Assembly: GCA_014360805.1 (NCBI GenBank)
Contig: JACIWU010000001.1
Location: 3,327-67,326 of the forward strand
From: Chloroflexota bacterium
Lineage (GTDB): Bacteria > Chloroflexota > Anaerolineae > DTLA01
Length of the DNA: 64,000 nt
Direction: 5' to 3'
This document shows positions 46,571 through 55,703 of this stretch, piece after piece. The notes below the pieces were generated by a model. It searched no databases and had not been told where the DNA came from. It was given only the letters and a program-made list of their open reading frames with translations. Each line of letters begins with the position of its first letter. The stretch's first letter is position 1. Made by a program: the position numbers and the translations under genes.

Positions 46571-47884
46571 ATGGCAACGTCGCCGGCCCGGAAGTCCAAT
46601 CGGGTAACCCTGTCGCTCCTGTTGCTGCTTGCGGCCTTCGGTGCATGGCTGGCCGTGATTGCAGTCCTTCCCCATGCGCAGGCATGGACCCACTGGGTGC
46701 CCATCTCGCCATATGGCTGCATCAACCCTGACATCGCGGCCGATCCCTTCGGGGACGTGTACGCCGTCTGGGAACGCGAGGCCAACGGCGATATCTTTCT
46801 CGCGCGGCGGCACGGCGACGCCTGGCTTTCGCCCGTCAACCTCAGCAACTCGGCGGACGCATCCAGAACACCCCGCGTTGCCGCCGACTTGCGCGGATGG
46901 CTCCACGTCGTCTGGGCCGAAGGCAACGAGGGCCAGTCCGACATCTACTACACATCGTGGAACCGCTCGGCCTGGTCCACGCCCCGCAACCTTTCGCAAT
47001 CCGCTGCCACCGAGTCGCTGGCCCCCGCCATCGCCGTGGACGACGCCAACAGGGTGCACGTAACGTGGGTGGAGAAAGCCGGCACAAACCGCGAGGTTCT
47101 CTACACGTCCGGCCAAGGCGACGGGTGGGCTGCGCCGCTGAATCTGTCCAACACGCCCGGACGGTCAGAGGACCCCGACATCACGCTGGATGCCAACGGG
47201 AATGTGCATGTGGCCTGGCAGGAAGGTATGCCGGCCGCGCCCGAAATCCTTCATCGCTACCTTACGCCGGACGGCTGGGCGCCCGTCGCCAACGTGTCGC
47301 GCAACCCCTCGTTCTCGCGCCATCCGGCGGTCGTCGGAGACCGACAGGGCCGCGTGATTGCCGTGTGGGAAGATAACGCCACCGGCACGTCGGAGTTGCA
47401 TGCGGCCATGTGGGATGTCGGCGAGTGGTCCCCCGCACGGAATGTCGTCATCATGCCCAGCGGCGCCAGTAGCCAAATTGACCTCGTCGTGGATGACGCC
47501 AACGTGCTCCACGTGCTTTGGGACGACCTCGTGGTGGATCAGTGGGAAATCTACTACATCCGGTGGAATGGGGCGGCGTGGTCCGGCGTGCGAGAACTGT
47601 CCCATAACTGGGGGTACTCGTTCTGGCCGGCGCTTGCGTTGGACAGCCGGGGCATCCTTCACGCCGTGTGGACCGACTCGGAGCCGTTTTTCCCGTCCGA
47701 GGGCATTGTGTATTGCTGGCAGGCCGCCGATTCCCCGCTGCCCCTGTATCCATCTGCCACGCCTGCCCCGACAGCCACACCCACGGCGACCGCCACCGCC
47801 GCGCCCACCGCACCGAGCACGCCAACGCCAACTCCCACGCCAACGCCATTCCTCCGCTACTTGCCCATTGTCATGCGCCCGTGA
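46571..47884 (+). CDS. Secreted repeat protein (BNR/sialidase-like beta-propeller repeats) with a C-terminal PT-rich tail
   Basis: Signal/TM helix. At least five repeats of about 45 aa with a conserved P.NLS(N/Q)(S/T)...VHV.W.E motif. C-terminus ...PTATPTATATAAPTAPSTPTPTPTPTPFLRYLPIVMRP. Confidence 0.7.
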   Translation: MATSPARKSNRVTLSLLLLLAAFGAWLAVIAVLPHAQAWTHWVPISPYGCINPDIAADPFGDVYAVWEREANGDIFLARRHGDAWLSPVNLSNSADASRTPRVAADLRGWLHVVWAEGNEGQSDIYYTSWNRSAWSTPRNLSQSAATESLAPAIAVDDANRVHVTWVEKAGTNREVLYTSGQGDGWAAPLNLSNTPGRSEDPDITLDANGNVHVAWQEGMPAAPEILHRYLTPDGWAPVANVSRNPSFSRHPAVVGDRQGRVIAVWEDNATGTSELHAAMWDVGEWSPARNVVIMPSGASSQIDLVVDDANVLHVLWDDLVVDQWEIYYIRWNGAAWSGVRELSHNWGYSFWPALALDSRGILHAVWTDSEPFFPSEGIVYCWQAADSPLPLYPSATPAPTATPTATATAAPTAPSTPTPTPTPTPFLRYLPIVMRP

Positions 47885-47905
47885 GCACGCGGAGTCGAGG
47901 AAACC

Positions 47906-49753
47906 TTACGGCAGCAGAAGCATAGCCTTCGCAAACGTGTCCGGAAACTCGGGCAGAATCGTCAACTCCAGGTAGTCCGCGCGGGCTGCGATGGCACGCG
48001 CGCGCTCCCGCTCGTCCAGCGACACCAGCGCCAGCCGCGCGCCCACCGCCGCCGCATTCCCCACCTGCTGCACCTTAGAGGCCGGCACCGGCGGGAGAAG
48101 CCCGATTTCCAGAATGCTGTCCACACTCAAGTACGTGCCGAACGCGCCTGCCAGGATCACCGCATCCACATCGGAAACGGCGACGCCCGCCTCGGCCATC
48201 AGCAGTTCAATGCCCGCGCGAATGGCCCCCTTCGCCAGTTGAATCGCGCTCACGTCTTTGCGAGAGAGCGCGACCGCTCGCCCGTGCCCCGACTCGTCCG
48301 GCGTCGCCAGCACGAATTCAGGCCCGTCGGCCCCTTTGTGGACGCGGGGGTGATCCAGCATCTTGCCCGCAGCCGTGAGCACGCCAGCCCGCCGCAGCGC
48401 CGCCACCGCGTCCAGCACGCCAGACCCGCATATCCCGACGGGCGGCGCGTTGTCCACCGTCTGCCAGTGCACCTGGCCGTCGTCCAGGCTCACCCACTCT
48501 ATGGCGCCCGAGGCCGCGCGCATCCCGTCGCGAATATGCGCACCCTCAAAGGCCGGCCCCGACGCCGTGGAGCAACTGATGAGTCGCGACGGCGTCTTCA
48601 GCACCAGTTCCGTATTGGTGCCGATGTCAAGGCCCAGCACGATGCCTTCCATGTCCGGTATGCGCGTGCCCAGGAGCATCGCCACATGATCGGCGCCCAC
48701 AAACCCCGCCACGTTGGGTAGGAGATGCACATAGGCCCCCTCCGCGATGTCCAGGCCCACGTCGCGCGCCTTCACATCCAGCGCGGCGCTCTCGGTGGGG
48801 ACGTAGGGAGCCGCGCCCAGTTGGCTCACGGGCAGGCCCAGGAACAGGTGGTGCATCGCCGTATTGCCCACGACGACGGCTTCCACGACTTCACGGGGCG
48901 TTCGCCCCACCCGCCGACACAGCGCGCCCGCCAAATCCCCGATGGCACGCACCACAACCTGCTGCAACTCCCGCGCCTGCTGCTCCCCCTGCATGGCGTA
49001 GCCGATGCGCGCCATCACGTCCTCGCCAAAGGCAATCTGCGGGTTCATGACGCCGTCGGCGGCCAGCGAACGCCCGCTCTCCAAATCCACCAGGTGCGCG
49101 GCGATCTTGGTCGTGCCCAGGTCAACCGCAAGTCCCAGCGGCCGCTCATCAGGCGGGCCGAAGCGCACCACTTCCGCCTTGCCCCCCACGCGGCGAACAT
49201 GCGCCACGCCTCGCCACCCCTGCGCCCGCAGGCGATCCGCCAATGGCCGCAACGCCGCGAAGTCCACCGCAACATCGGCGAAGCCGCACGTCCCGCGCAA
49301 GGCGTCGCGCAGACGAACGGCATCGGCGCGGAGGTCGGTCAGGGCGGCGGGCGGCAGTTCCACAGCGCAGGCCACAACCGGCGGGTTCGGCGTAACCTGG
49401 ACGGCCTGGCCCTCCACCTGTAGGCGCTGCGTGGTGCTGAGGGAATCGGCGGGGACGTACACCTTCACGCCCCCGCGAACGCGCGTCTGGCACGCCAGTC
49501 GCATTCCCTGCGCAACGGCGTCAGCGCCCAGTCTGCGAATCTCGGTTTCGGATGGCGACGAGACATCGCCGGCCATCACGCGCACGCGACAGCGCCCGCA
49601 CGACCCGGTTCCGCCGCAGATCGCGGCAAGCGCGACACCCGCGCGCCTGGCCGCGTCCAGCAGTGTCTCGCCCGAAGCGCACTCCGATCGCAGTCCAAGC
49701 GGCTCAAAGTCAATCCAGCATGTGCCCACCACGAGCCTCCTACGAACGACCAC
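47906..49753 (-). CDS. RACo-like ASKHA-fold ATPase with an N-terminal plant-type [2Fe-2S] ferredoxin domain (DUF4445 family)
   Basis: N-terminal Cys motif CGGTGSCGRCRV...C. ASKHA motifs (LAVDLGTT, LDIGTNTE, GICGSG). 615 aa. GTG start overlapping the upstream gene by 14 nt. Confidence 0.78.
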   Translation of the reverse strand: MVVRRRLVVGTCWIDFEPLGLRSECASGETLLDAARRAGVALAAICGGTGSCGRCRVRVMAGDVSSPSETEIRRLGADAVAQGMRLACQTRVRGGVKVYVPADSLSTTQRLQVEGQAVQVTPNPPVVACAVELPPAALTDLRADAVRLRDALRGTCGFADVAVDFAALRPLADRLRAQGWRGVAHVRRVGGKAEVVRFGPPDERPLGLAVDLGTTKIAAHLVDLESGRSLAADGVMNPQIAFGEDVMARIGYAMQGEQQARELQQVVVRAIGDLAGALCRRVGRTPREVVEAVVVGNTAMHHLFLGLPVSQLGAAPYVPTESAALDVKARDVGLDIAEGAYVHLLPNVAGFVGADHVAMLLGTRIPDMEGIVLGLDIGTNTELVLKTPSRLISCSTASGPAFEGAHIRDGMRAASGAIEWVSLDDGQVHWQTVDNAPPVGICGSGVLDAVAALRRAGVLTAAGKMLDHPRVHKGADGPEFVLATPDESGHGRAVALSRKDVSAIQLAKGAIRAGIELLMAEAGVAVSDVDAVILAGAFGTYLSVDSILEIGLLPPVPASKVQQVGNAAAVGARLALVSLDERERARAIAARADYLELTILPEFPDTFAKAMLLLP

Positions 49754-50303
49754 GGCGGCGCTGGCTCAGCCCCACGAGCGCCTGCACGCCAAACGCGATC
49801 ACCCCACCGGCCAGAGCCGTGCCCAATTGCGGCCAGCGCATCATGTTGGCAAGGGCTTGCGGAATGGCGACGGTAGCCACCTCGCCGCCGACGGCCACCC
49901 GCAGCGGCCATGCGACGAGAACCCCGACCGCCGCGTACAGCCAGGCGAACTTCACCACCGCCGCCGCCACCAGCGCCGCGATGCGGCTGCGCCCCCGCAA
50001 CAGGCGGAACACGCTCACAAAGGCCGCGTTGCCCACGGCGATGAACGGAATCATGACCCACAGCGGCAGGGGCAGAATGCCCCGCAGCGCTGCGCCCATC
50101 GGCGTAACCATGCCCACCACAATCGCCTGACTCAACCCACACCACTCCAGCGTCAACAGCAACAGCGCGTTGACCAGCGGGCCGGTAAGGTACTGCGGCA
50201 ACCCCATGTTGGTGATGGCGAGGGCCGCCGCCAGGGCAAGCGCCAACTTCGCCGCGGCCATCCAGGCCGCACTCCGATTCCAAACGAGCGACTTGGTCTC
50301 CAT
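49740..50303 (-). CDS. Small polytopic membrane protein, possibly an ECF-type S-component / Gx-transporter-like protein
   Basis: 187 aa with about 6 TM helices. GGGGAG RBS before ATG 50303. Confidence 0.45.
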   Translation of the reverse strand: METKSLVWNRSAAWMAAAKLALALAAALAITNMGLPQYLTGPLVNALLLLTLEWCGLSQAIVVGMVTPMGAALRGILPLPLWVMIPFIAVGNAAFVSVFRLLRGRSRIAALVAAAVVKFAWLYAAVGVLVAWPLRVAVGGEVATVAIPQALANMMRWPQLGTALAGGVIAFGVQALVGLSQRRRGRS

Positions 50304-50351
50304 CTTACGTCTCCCCAAAGATATGCATGCAACTGCGGCATGCCGCCGGTG

Positions 50352-51527
50352 CTAGATCGTCTCCAGTGTAACCGATTTGTTCCTTTGCTCCAACTGGCGG
50401 ATCAACTCCTTGACGTAGAGCATCCGCATGGACTCGCCCCGAATCACATCCGCCACCTGATTGGGGTTGATGGCTGTGCCCACCAGAAAATGAATCTCGT
50501 CCGCGGAGAGGAGAATTCGCGCGAGGCGGCTGGCCGCATCCTCGCCTGGAGGCACGTCGTTCGCCGTCTGCGCGTGCTCCAGCAGGCTCACCGTCTGCCC
50601 CAGCGTGAGAATGCCCTCGGTAACCAAATCCACCCCGTCCAGCCGCGCTGTGGGGGGCGTGCCGCGCGCCCGAGGCGCGCCGCCCTTGCGTTTGCTCGGC
50701 GGCACCCAGTCCACCCGGAGTTCTTGCCCCAACACGCGCGCCGCGATCTGGGCGGTCGTCCCCCCGCAGATGACCTTCGCCCCGCGCGCCTTCATCAGTT
50801 TCGCGACGGCGGCCTCATCCTGCGAGCGGTCGGCGGGTGGCCCGGTCCACACATTCGCGACGACGGTCCGCCGAACGCGCATGACCACCGCCGTACTGTC
50901 GTCGCCGGGCTTCCCTTCGTACAGCCGCAGGGCCGTGTTGGACAGGGCGCGCGCCAGGCTATGCGCGTCCCCGGCCGTCTGCGCCCAACGTCGAACCGAC
51001 ACGGCGATATTCTGCCAGCCCCAGCCCAGGCGGTACAACCCGCCTACCCCCGCATGCACGTAGCCATCGCTGACCATCACCATGTAGTCGCCTTCTTGCA
51101 GAAGGAAATGCGCTTCGTGAATCTTGCGCCCCTCCACCTCACGCTCCACGCGGGGCACGTCCCATATCTTCCCCTCCCGAATCAGAATCAGGGGCGGGGT
51201 ATCGTACTCCACGAGATAGGCGTCGCGCCCTCGTTGCACCAGCAGCACCGCGAAGGTCGCGTAGGCCAGTTTCCTCACGCTGCACTCGGGCAGCGTGGCG
51301 ACCAGCGTGCTGATGACCTCCTCCACCGACGCGCCGCGCTGGAACATGGAGGCAGCGATCTCCGCCGTGAGCGTGGCCATGATGTTCGCCTTCACCCCGC
51401 TGCCAAGGCCGTCCGAAAGCACAACAATGAAGGACTGCGGCGTCGTGGCCACGCGCACGCAGTCGCCACAGAGTTCCTCCCCGTGCTTGGCCAGGCTGTT
51501 CCACGCGATCTCAACAAACAGCCTCAT
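50352..51527 (-). CDS. SpoIIE/PP2C-family serine phosphatase
   Basis: PPM-type metal-binding Asp motifs (CGDCV, VLSDGLGSG, MVMVSDG). 391 aa. ATGA overlap with the upstream hydS-like gene. Confidence 0.8.
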   Translation of the reverse strand: MRLFVEIAWNSLAKHGEELCGDCVRVATTPQSFIVVLSDGLGSGVKANIMATLTAEIAASMFQRGASVEEVISTLVATLPECSVRKLAYATFAVLLVQRGRDAYLVEYDTPPLILIREGKIWDVPRVEREVEGRKIHEAHFLLQEGDYMVMVSDGYVHAGVGGLYRLGWGWQNIAVSVRRWAQTAGDAHSLARALSNTALRLYEGKPGDDSTAVVMRVRRTVVANVWTGPPADRSQDEAAVAKLMKARGAKVICGGTTAQIAARVLGQELRVDWVPPSKRKGGAPRARGTPPTARLDGVDLVTEGILTLGQTVSLLEHAQTANDVPPGEDAASRLARILLSADEIHFLVGTAINPNQVADVIRGESMRMLYVKELIRQLEQRNKSVTLETI

Positions 51528-53242
51528 GGCTCGGACTCTTCCTCCAACAACTTGGCGAGCCGCGACAGCATGATCTTCGCGTCCGCCGTCGTCTCGCCCA
51601 GCAATTGCGCGATCTCGTGGGCCACGCGCATCTGCTTGATGACCACCTCTTGGGTTCGCTGGAGCGTTTCCTCGCGAATGCGTTCCAACTGGGCTCGCTG
51701 CTGCTCGTGCTCGGTAACATCCCGCAGGATGCCCACGATAAGGTTCTGGTCTTTCACGGCGACGATAGTCTGCTCCACGATGAGGCCGTTGAGGGCAAGG
51801 CGCTGGCGGATGATGGGCTGGCCGGTTCGGCGCACCGACTCAAACCCCTGCAATACGACGGGCGGGGCGACCTCGTCCAGCGGGTGCCCCATGACCTGCG
51901 GGAGCGAACACCGTAGCATCGCCTCTGCCGAGGGCGACATGTCTTGGATGTGGAGCCGCGTGTCCACCGTAATCACCGGGTCCTGCGTTACAGCCATGAT
52001 CACCTGGCGGAGCGACTCGGCCCGCTTGCGCGTGTACGGGATGCACATCGTAGCCTCTGCAAGCCCGCGCAAGGTAGCAATGGCTTTGTCTCGGCAGGTG
52101 GGATAGCCGCACGCGCCACAGTTCAGTTCGTCTTCGGGCGTGTACTTGTCCACCCGATGCAGGACTTCGCGGATTTGCTCCTCGGTAAAATCCGGCAGCG
52201 GAACGCTTTTGTCCCGATAGGTCCGAGTTAGCGGCGGCCACTCCGACCGAGACGGCAGCGGTTGGGGCTGGCGCCGCGCCGCATACTCCAGCACCCGCTG
52301 TCGCGCCTGGTACACGCCGATGTCCTTGCCCATCCCCGGGCCGTTGATGCACCCGCCCTCGCAGGCCATGAGTTCCACGAGCGACGCCCGCAGGGTTCCG
52401 GCGCGAATGCTCTGGAGCACGTCTTCACAGGCAGATAGCCCCGATGTCGTTACGATTTCGCTCGCAAGAATATCGGTGTCCAGATTCGCCGTGCCCACCA
52501 GGCCCCCCTCCACAGGGAACACGCGGGCATTGGCGCGGGGCACGTGCTCGTGCAAATCGGGGGGCGCAGGCATGGCAACCGCATCCGATTGCAGCCATTC
52601 CGACAGTTCCTCGTAGGTCAGCGCCGCGTCAATCACGCCCTCAACCGCCTCTTCGCGGATTTCGCCCTTCTTGGCGAAACACGGCCCGATGAAGACGAGA
52701 AAGGCCTCCTCGCCATACCGCTGGCGCAGCCAACGCCCGTGCGCGATCATGGGCGAAACCACAGGGGCCAGATGCGGGATCAGATCGGGGTAGTAAATCT
52801 CAATCAGATTCACCACCACAGGGCAGGACGAGGTAATCACCGGCCACCGACTGGGTTCGGCTTCCATCACTTCGCGGTGCGCATGGCCCACCATCTCCGC
52901 GCCGAAGGCCGTCTCGTGCGCCGCCGAGAACCCCAACGCGCGCAGAGCCTGCTCCATCTGCGCGAAGGACTGGATGCCGAAATAGGCCGGCGCCGAGGGC
53001 GCAACGCTGGCGACGAGCGTTCGGCCTGCGGCCAGCGCCTCGCGCACCGCCGGACGGTCGTCGCGCACGCTTTTGGCGCCCTGCGGGCACGCGCGCACGC
53101 ACGAGCCGCACACAATGCACAACTCCGCCACGACCTGCGCCTGCCCGCTCTGCACTCGGACAGCCTTCACGGGGCAAGTCCGTACGCATCGGTAACAGTC
53201 GCGGCAACGCGCGACATTTGTGCTCACTACGGAATGCGTCAT
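51524..53242 (-). CDS. Sensory [FeFe]-hydrogenase-like protein (HydS-like, group C): N-terminal ferredoxin domain, H-cluster domain, extra 4-Cys motif and a C-terminal PAS domain
   Basis: CRDCYRCVRTCP and CIVCGSCVRACP 4Fe-4S motifs. H-cluster motifs TSSCPVV (L1), GPCFAKKGE (L2) and ELMACEGGCINGPG (L3). CGACGYPTCRDKA...C motif. PAS-like C-terminus. Confidence 0.8.
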   Translation of the reverse strand: MTHSVVSTNVARCRDCYRCVRTCPVKAVRVQSGQAQVVAELCIVCGSCVRACPQGAKSVRDDRPAVREALAAGRTLVASVAPSAPAYFGIQSFAQMEQALRALGFSAAHETAFGAEMVGHAHREVMEAEPSRWPVITSSCPVVVNLIEIYYPDLIPHLAPVVSPMIAHGRWLRQRYGEEAFLVFIGPCFAKKGEIREEAVEGVIDAALTYEELSEWLQSDAVAMPAPPDLHEHVPRANARVFPVEGGLVGTANLDTDILASEIVTTSGLSACEDVLQSIRAGTLRASLVELMACEGGCINGPGMGKDIGVYQARQRVLEYAARRQPQPLPSRSEWPPLTRTYRDKSVPLPDFTEEQIREVLHRVDKYTPEDELNCGACGYPTCRDKAIATLRGLAEATMCIPYTRKRAESLRQVIMAVTQDPVITVDTRLHIQDMSPSAEAMLRCSLPQVMGHPLDEVAPPVVLQGFESVRRTGQPIIRQRLALNGLIVEQTIVAVKDQNLIVGILRDVTEHEQQRAQLERIREETLQRTQEVVIKQMRVAHEIAQLLGETTADAKIMLSRLAKLLEEESEP

Positions 53243-53502
53243 GGTTTCTTCTCACGCTCCAGACGAGGCAGAATCTCCTTCTCAAAGAACGACTCCGCCT
53301 CCAGAAAATGAATCTCCCGATATTGCTGGTCTCCCACCTTCACCGAGATGCCCTTGGAACACTGCTCCATGCAAAACGCGCCCACCAGCCGCACGCGGTC
53401 TTCCAACCCCGCCTTCTGAATCAGCCGCTCCAGCGCGTCCGCAAACTCGTCCGAACCCCGCACGCTGCAAGAACTTCCAACGCAGATCGTAACCGTAATC
53501 AT
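53239..53502 (-). CDS. Thioredoxin-like [2Fe-2S] ferredoxin (NuoE/HoxE-like)
   Basis: 87 aa. Cys pattern C7-x5-C13 ... C44-x3-C48. GGGAGG RBS. ATGA overlap with the hydS-like start. Confidence 0.6.
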   Translation of the reverse strand: MITVTICVGSSCSVRGSDEFADALERLIQKAGLEDRVRLVGAFCMEQCSKGISVKVGDQQYREIHFLEAESFFEKEILPRLEREKKP

Positions 53503-53851
53503 CGCAACCTCCCTGGTGCCTGATGGGCAGAGCATCACTGCGACGGATGGACAATTATGTCAACACCACTTTCGCACCCCACACGGACCAGCGCCCACCT
53601 ACTGTAGCACAAACCGGCGCAGTTGCCAAATCCATTCGTGAAATCTGGAACGAGCCAAGGCGCAGATCAGGTTCCCGCACCCGACATTGCCGAACCCCGG
53701 TGGCTAACGATAGAGCCGCCCACCCACCCGTAGGTCGGATTTCCATACCCGACTGGCCTACCCCCCGCGATTGCGCCCCCGTGGCGTATCCGCTATACTG
53801 TATGTGTCCGATACTCCCTGTCAAATCTTGCGACCACAAGGAGGTTTGCTC

Positions 53852-54625
53852 ATGACGCTCAAGGGAAAACGCGTGGCTGTATTGGCCGAAGAGATGTACC
53901 AAGAACTGGAACTCTGGTATCCGACGCTCCGAATGCGCGAGGCCGGAGCCGAGGTAAAAATCGTCGGCACAGGCAGTAGCCCCACGTATGCGTCCAAACA
54001 CGGGTACCCAGTTACCGTGGATGTGCCGGCAGACCAGGTGTCCGCCGCCGACTTTGACGCGGTCATTATCCCTGGGGGCTACGCGCCCGACCGCATGCGC
54101 CGCTACCCTGCTGTCCTGAAACTCGTGCGTGAGGCGTTTGAGCAGGGCAAGGTCATCGCCGCCATCTGCCACGCGGGTTGGGTGCCGATCTCCGCGGGCA
54201 TTCTCAAAGGGCGGCGGGTAACCAGTTTCTTCGCGATCAAGGACGACATGATCAACGCAGGCGCCACCTGGGTTGACGAGCCGGTCGTCCGCGACGGGAA
54301 CCTCATCACGTCGCGCATGCCCGACGACCTTCCCTACTTCTGTAGCGCCATCATTCAGGCGCTGGGCGGCGGGGAGGTGAGCGCCGACATCGTGGAGACG
54401 ACGACAGCGAAAGAGGCCCTGGCCATCGCCGTCCGTGCCGAGGAACAGGCCGCCGCGTTCTACAAGGCCGCCGTCAAACGTACCCAGGACCCCGAGGCCA
54501 AGGCCATGTTTGAGGAACTGGCCAGGGAAGAACTCGGACACAAGGCGCGGCTGGAGAAAGAATACGTCCACCTCAGCGGCGATCCAAACTGGGCGCGCTA
54601 CGTGCTGTGGAGCAATCTCCCCTAG
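53852..54625 (+). CDS. DJ-1/PfpI-family protein fused to a C-terminal half-ferritin/rubrerythrin-like helical segment
   Basis: PfpI nucleophile elbow AICHAG. C-terminal AFYKAAV...EELAREELGHKARLEKEY (ExxH). AAGGAGG RBS. Confidence 0.72.
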   Translation: MTLKGKRVAVLAEEMYQELELWYPTLRMREAGAEVKIVGTGSSPTYASKHGYPVTVDVPADQVSAADFDAVIIPGGYAPDRMRRYPAVLKLVREAFEQGKVIAAICHAGWVPISAGILKGRRVTSFFAIKDDMINAGATWVDEPVVRDGNLITSRMPDDLPYFCSAIIQALGGGEVSADIVETTTAKEALAIAVRAEEQAAAFYKAAVKRTQDPEAKAMFEELAREELGHKARLEKEYVHLSGDPNWARYVLWSNLP

Positions 54626-54785
54626 CGCAGGCTTTCGGTGGGCGGGGCGTCAAGTCCCGCCGCACCACGCAGCGCCGCCAACGGACGTCCGCGGGTTTCC
54701 GCCCATCGGAGTAGAGCATGCTTGTTGTCTTCCCATATGGGCCTGCCGCGAGTGTTGGGCAACACAGATGTGTGGAGGTACACAG

Positions 54786-55703
54786 GTGAACGATATCGCT
54801 ATCCAAGTTAACAGTTTTCGGAAACGCTATGGCTCAGTGGTAGCAGTGGACGACATCAGTTTTGAGGTACGCCACGGCGAGATTTTCGGGTTGCTAGGGC
54901 CCAACGGGGCAGGGAAGACGAGCACATTGGAGTCTCTAGAAGGACTCCGCTCTGCCGACGGTGGAATGCTACGTGTAATGGGAGTAGATCCCTCCCGGGA
55001 AGCCCGTAAACTGCGCGGTCTGATTGGCGTACAACTACAGACCTCTGGGCTCCCAGGCAGCATGACCGTCTGTGAAGCGATGCAATTCTTCTGCGCCTAC
55101 CACCGAGTTCCCGTGCGCGTGGATCTGCTACGGCGACTGGGCCTCGGCCAGAAGATGTCAGCCCAGTATGCGACCCTATCTACAGGCCAGCAGCGACGCC
55201 TCACCCTGGCGCTCGCAACTGCCCACAACCCACCCGTGCTTTTCCTGGATGAGCCAACAGCCGGGTTGGACGTAGCGACCCGCATAGACCTGCACGAGAT
55301 GATGAGCGAACTGCGACAGGCGGGGACGACGATTCTCCTGGCTACGCACGATATGGCCGAAGCCGAGAAGATGTGCGACCGCGTGGCCATCCTCCTTCGC
55401 GGGAAAATCGCCGCCATCGGGACCCCGCGGGAGTTGACAGCGACAGGCTCAAGACTGACGAAGGTTTCCGCACGCACGGAACATGGAAGCCTCATGCATC
55501 ATACGACACCATTCCCTGGCGTGGCAGTGCAGACTAGTCGGGACGACTATATTGTATACTTCACGACAACAATAGGGCCAACGCTCTCGGCGATTCTCGC
55601 CCACATTGAGGCTCACGGCGATGCGCTCATAGACTTGCGAGTGGAACGACCCTCGCTCGAAGAACGGTTTCTGGAAATCACCAACGCGGGAGGTGTCCAA
55701 TGA
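54786..55703 (+). CDS. ABC transporter ATP-binding protein (ABC-2 type)
   Basis: GPNGAGKTS, LSTGQQRRL and LFLDEPTAGLD motifs. GTG start with a GGAGGTA RBS. Confidence 0.85.
   Translation: MNDIAIQVNSFRKRYGSVVAVDDISFEVRHGEIFGLLGPNGAGKTSTLESLEGLRSADGGMLRVMGVDPSREARKLRGLIGVQLQTSGLPGSMTVCEAMQFFCAYHRVPVRVDLLRRLGLGQKMSAQYATLSTGQQRRLTLALATAHNPPVLFLDEPTAGLDVATRIDLHEMMSELRQAGTTILLATHDMAEAEKMCDRVAILLRGKIAAIGTPRELTATGSRLTKVSARTEHGSLMHHTTPFPGVAVQTSRDDYIVYFTTTIGPTLSAILAHIEAHGDALIDLRVERPSLEERFLEITNAGGVQ

Noticed and set aside
49005-52106. 1033-aa + strand ORF spanning the RACo-like, membrane, PP2C and hydS genes
   Set aside because: Antisense shadow ORF. Its translation is Arg/Ala/Pro-rich nonsense, while four well-supported minus-strand genes occupy the region.
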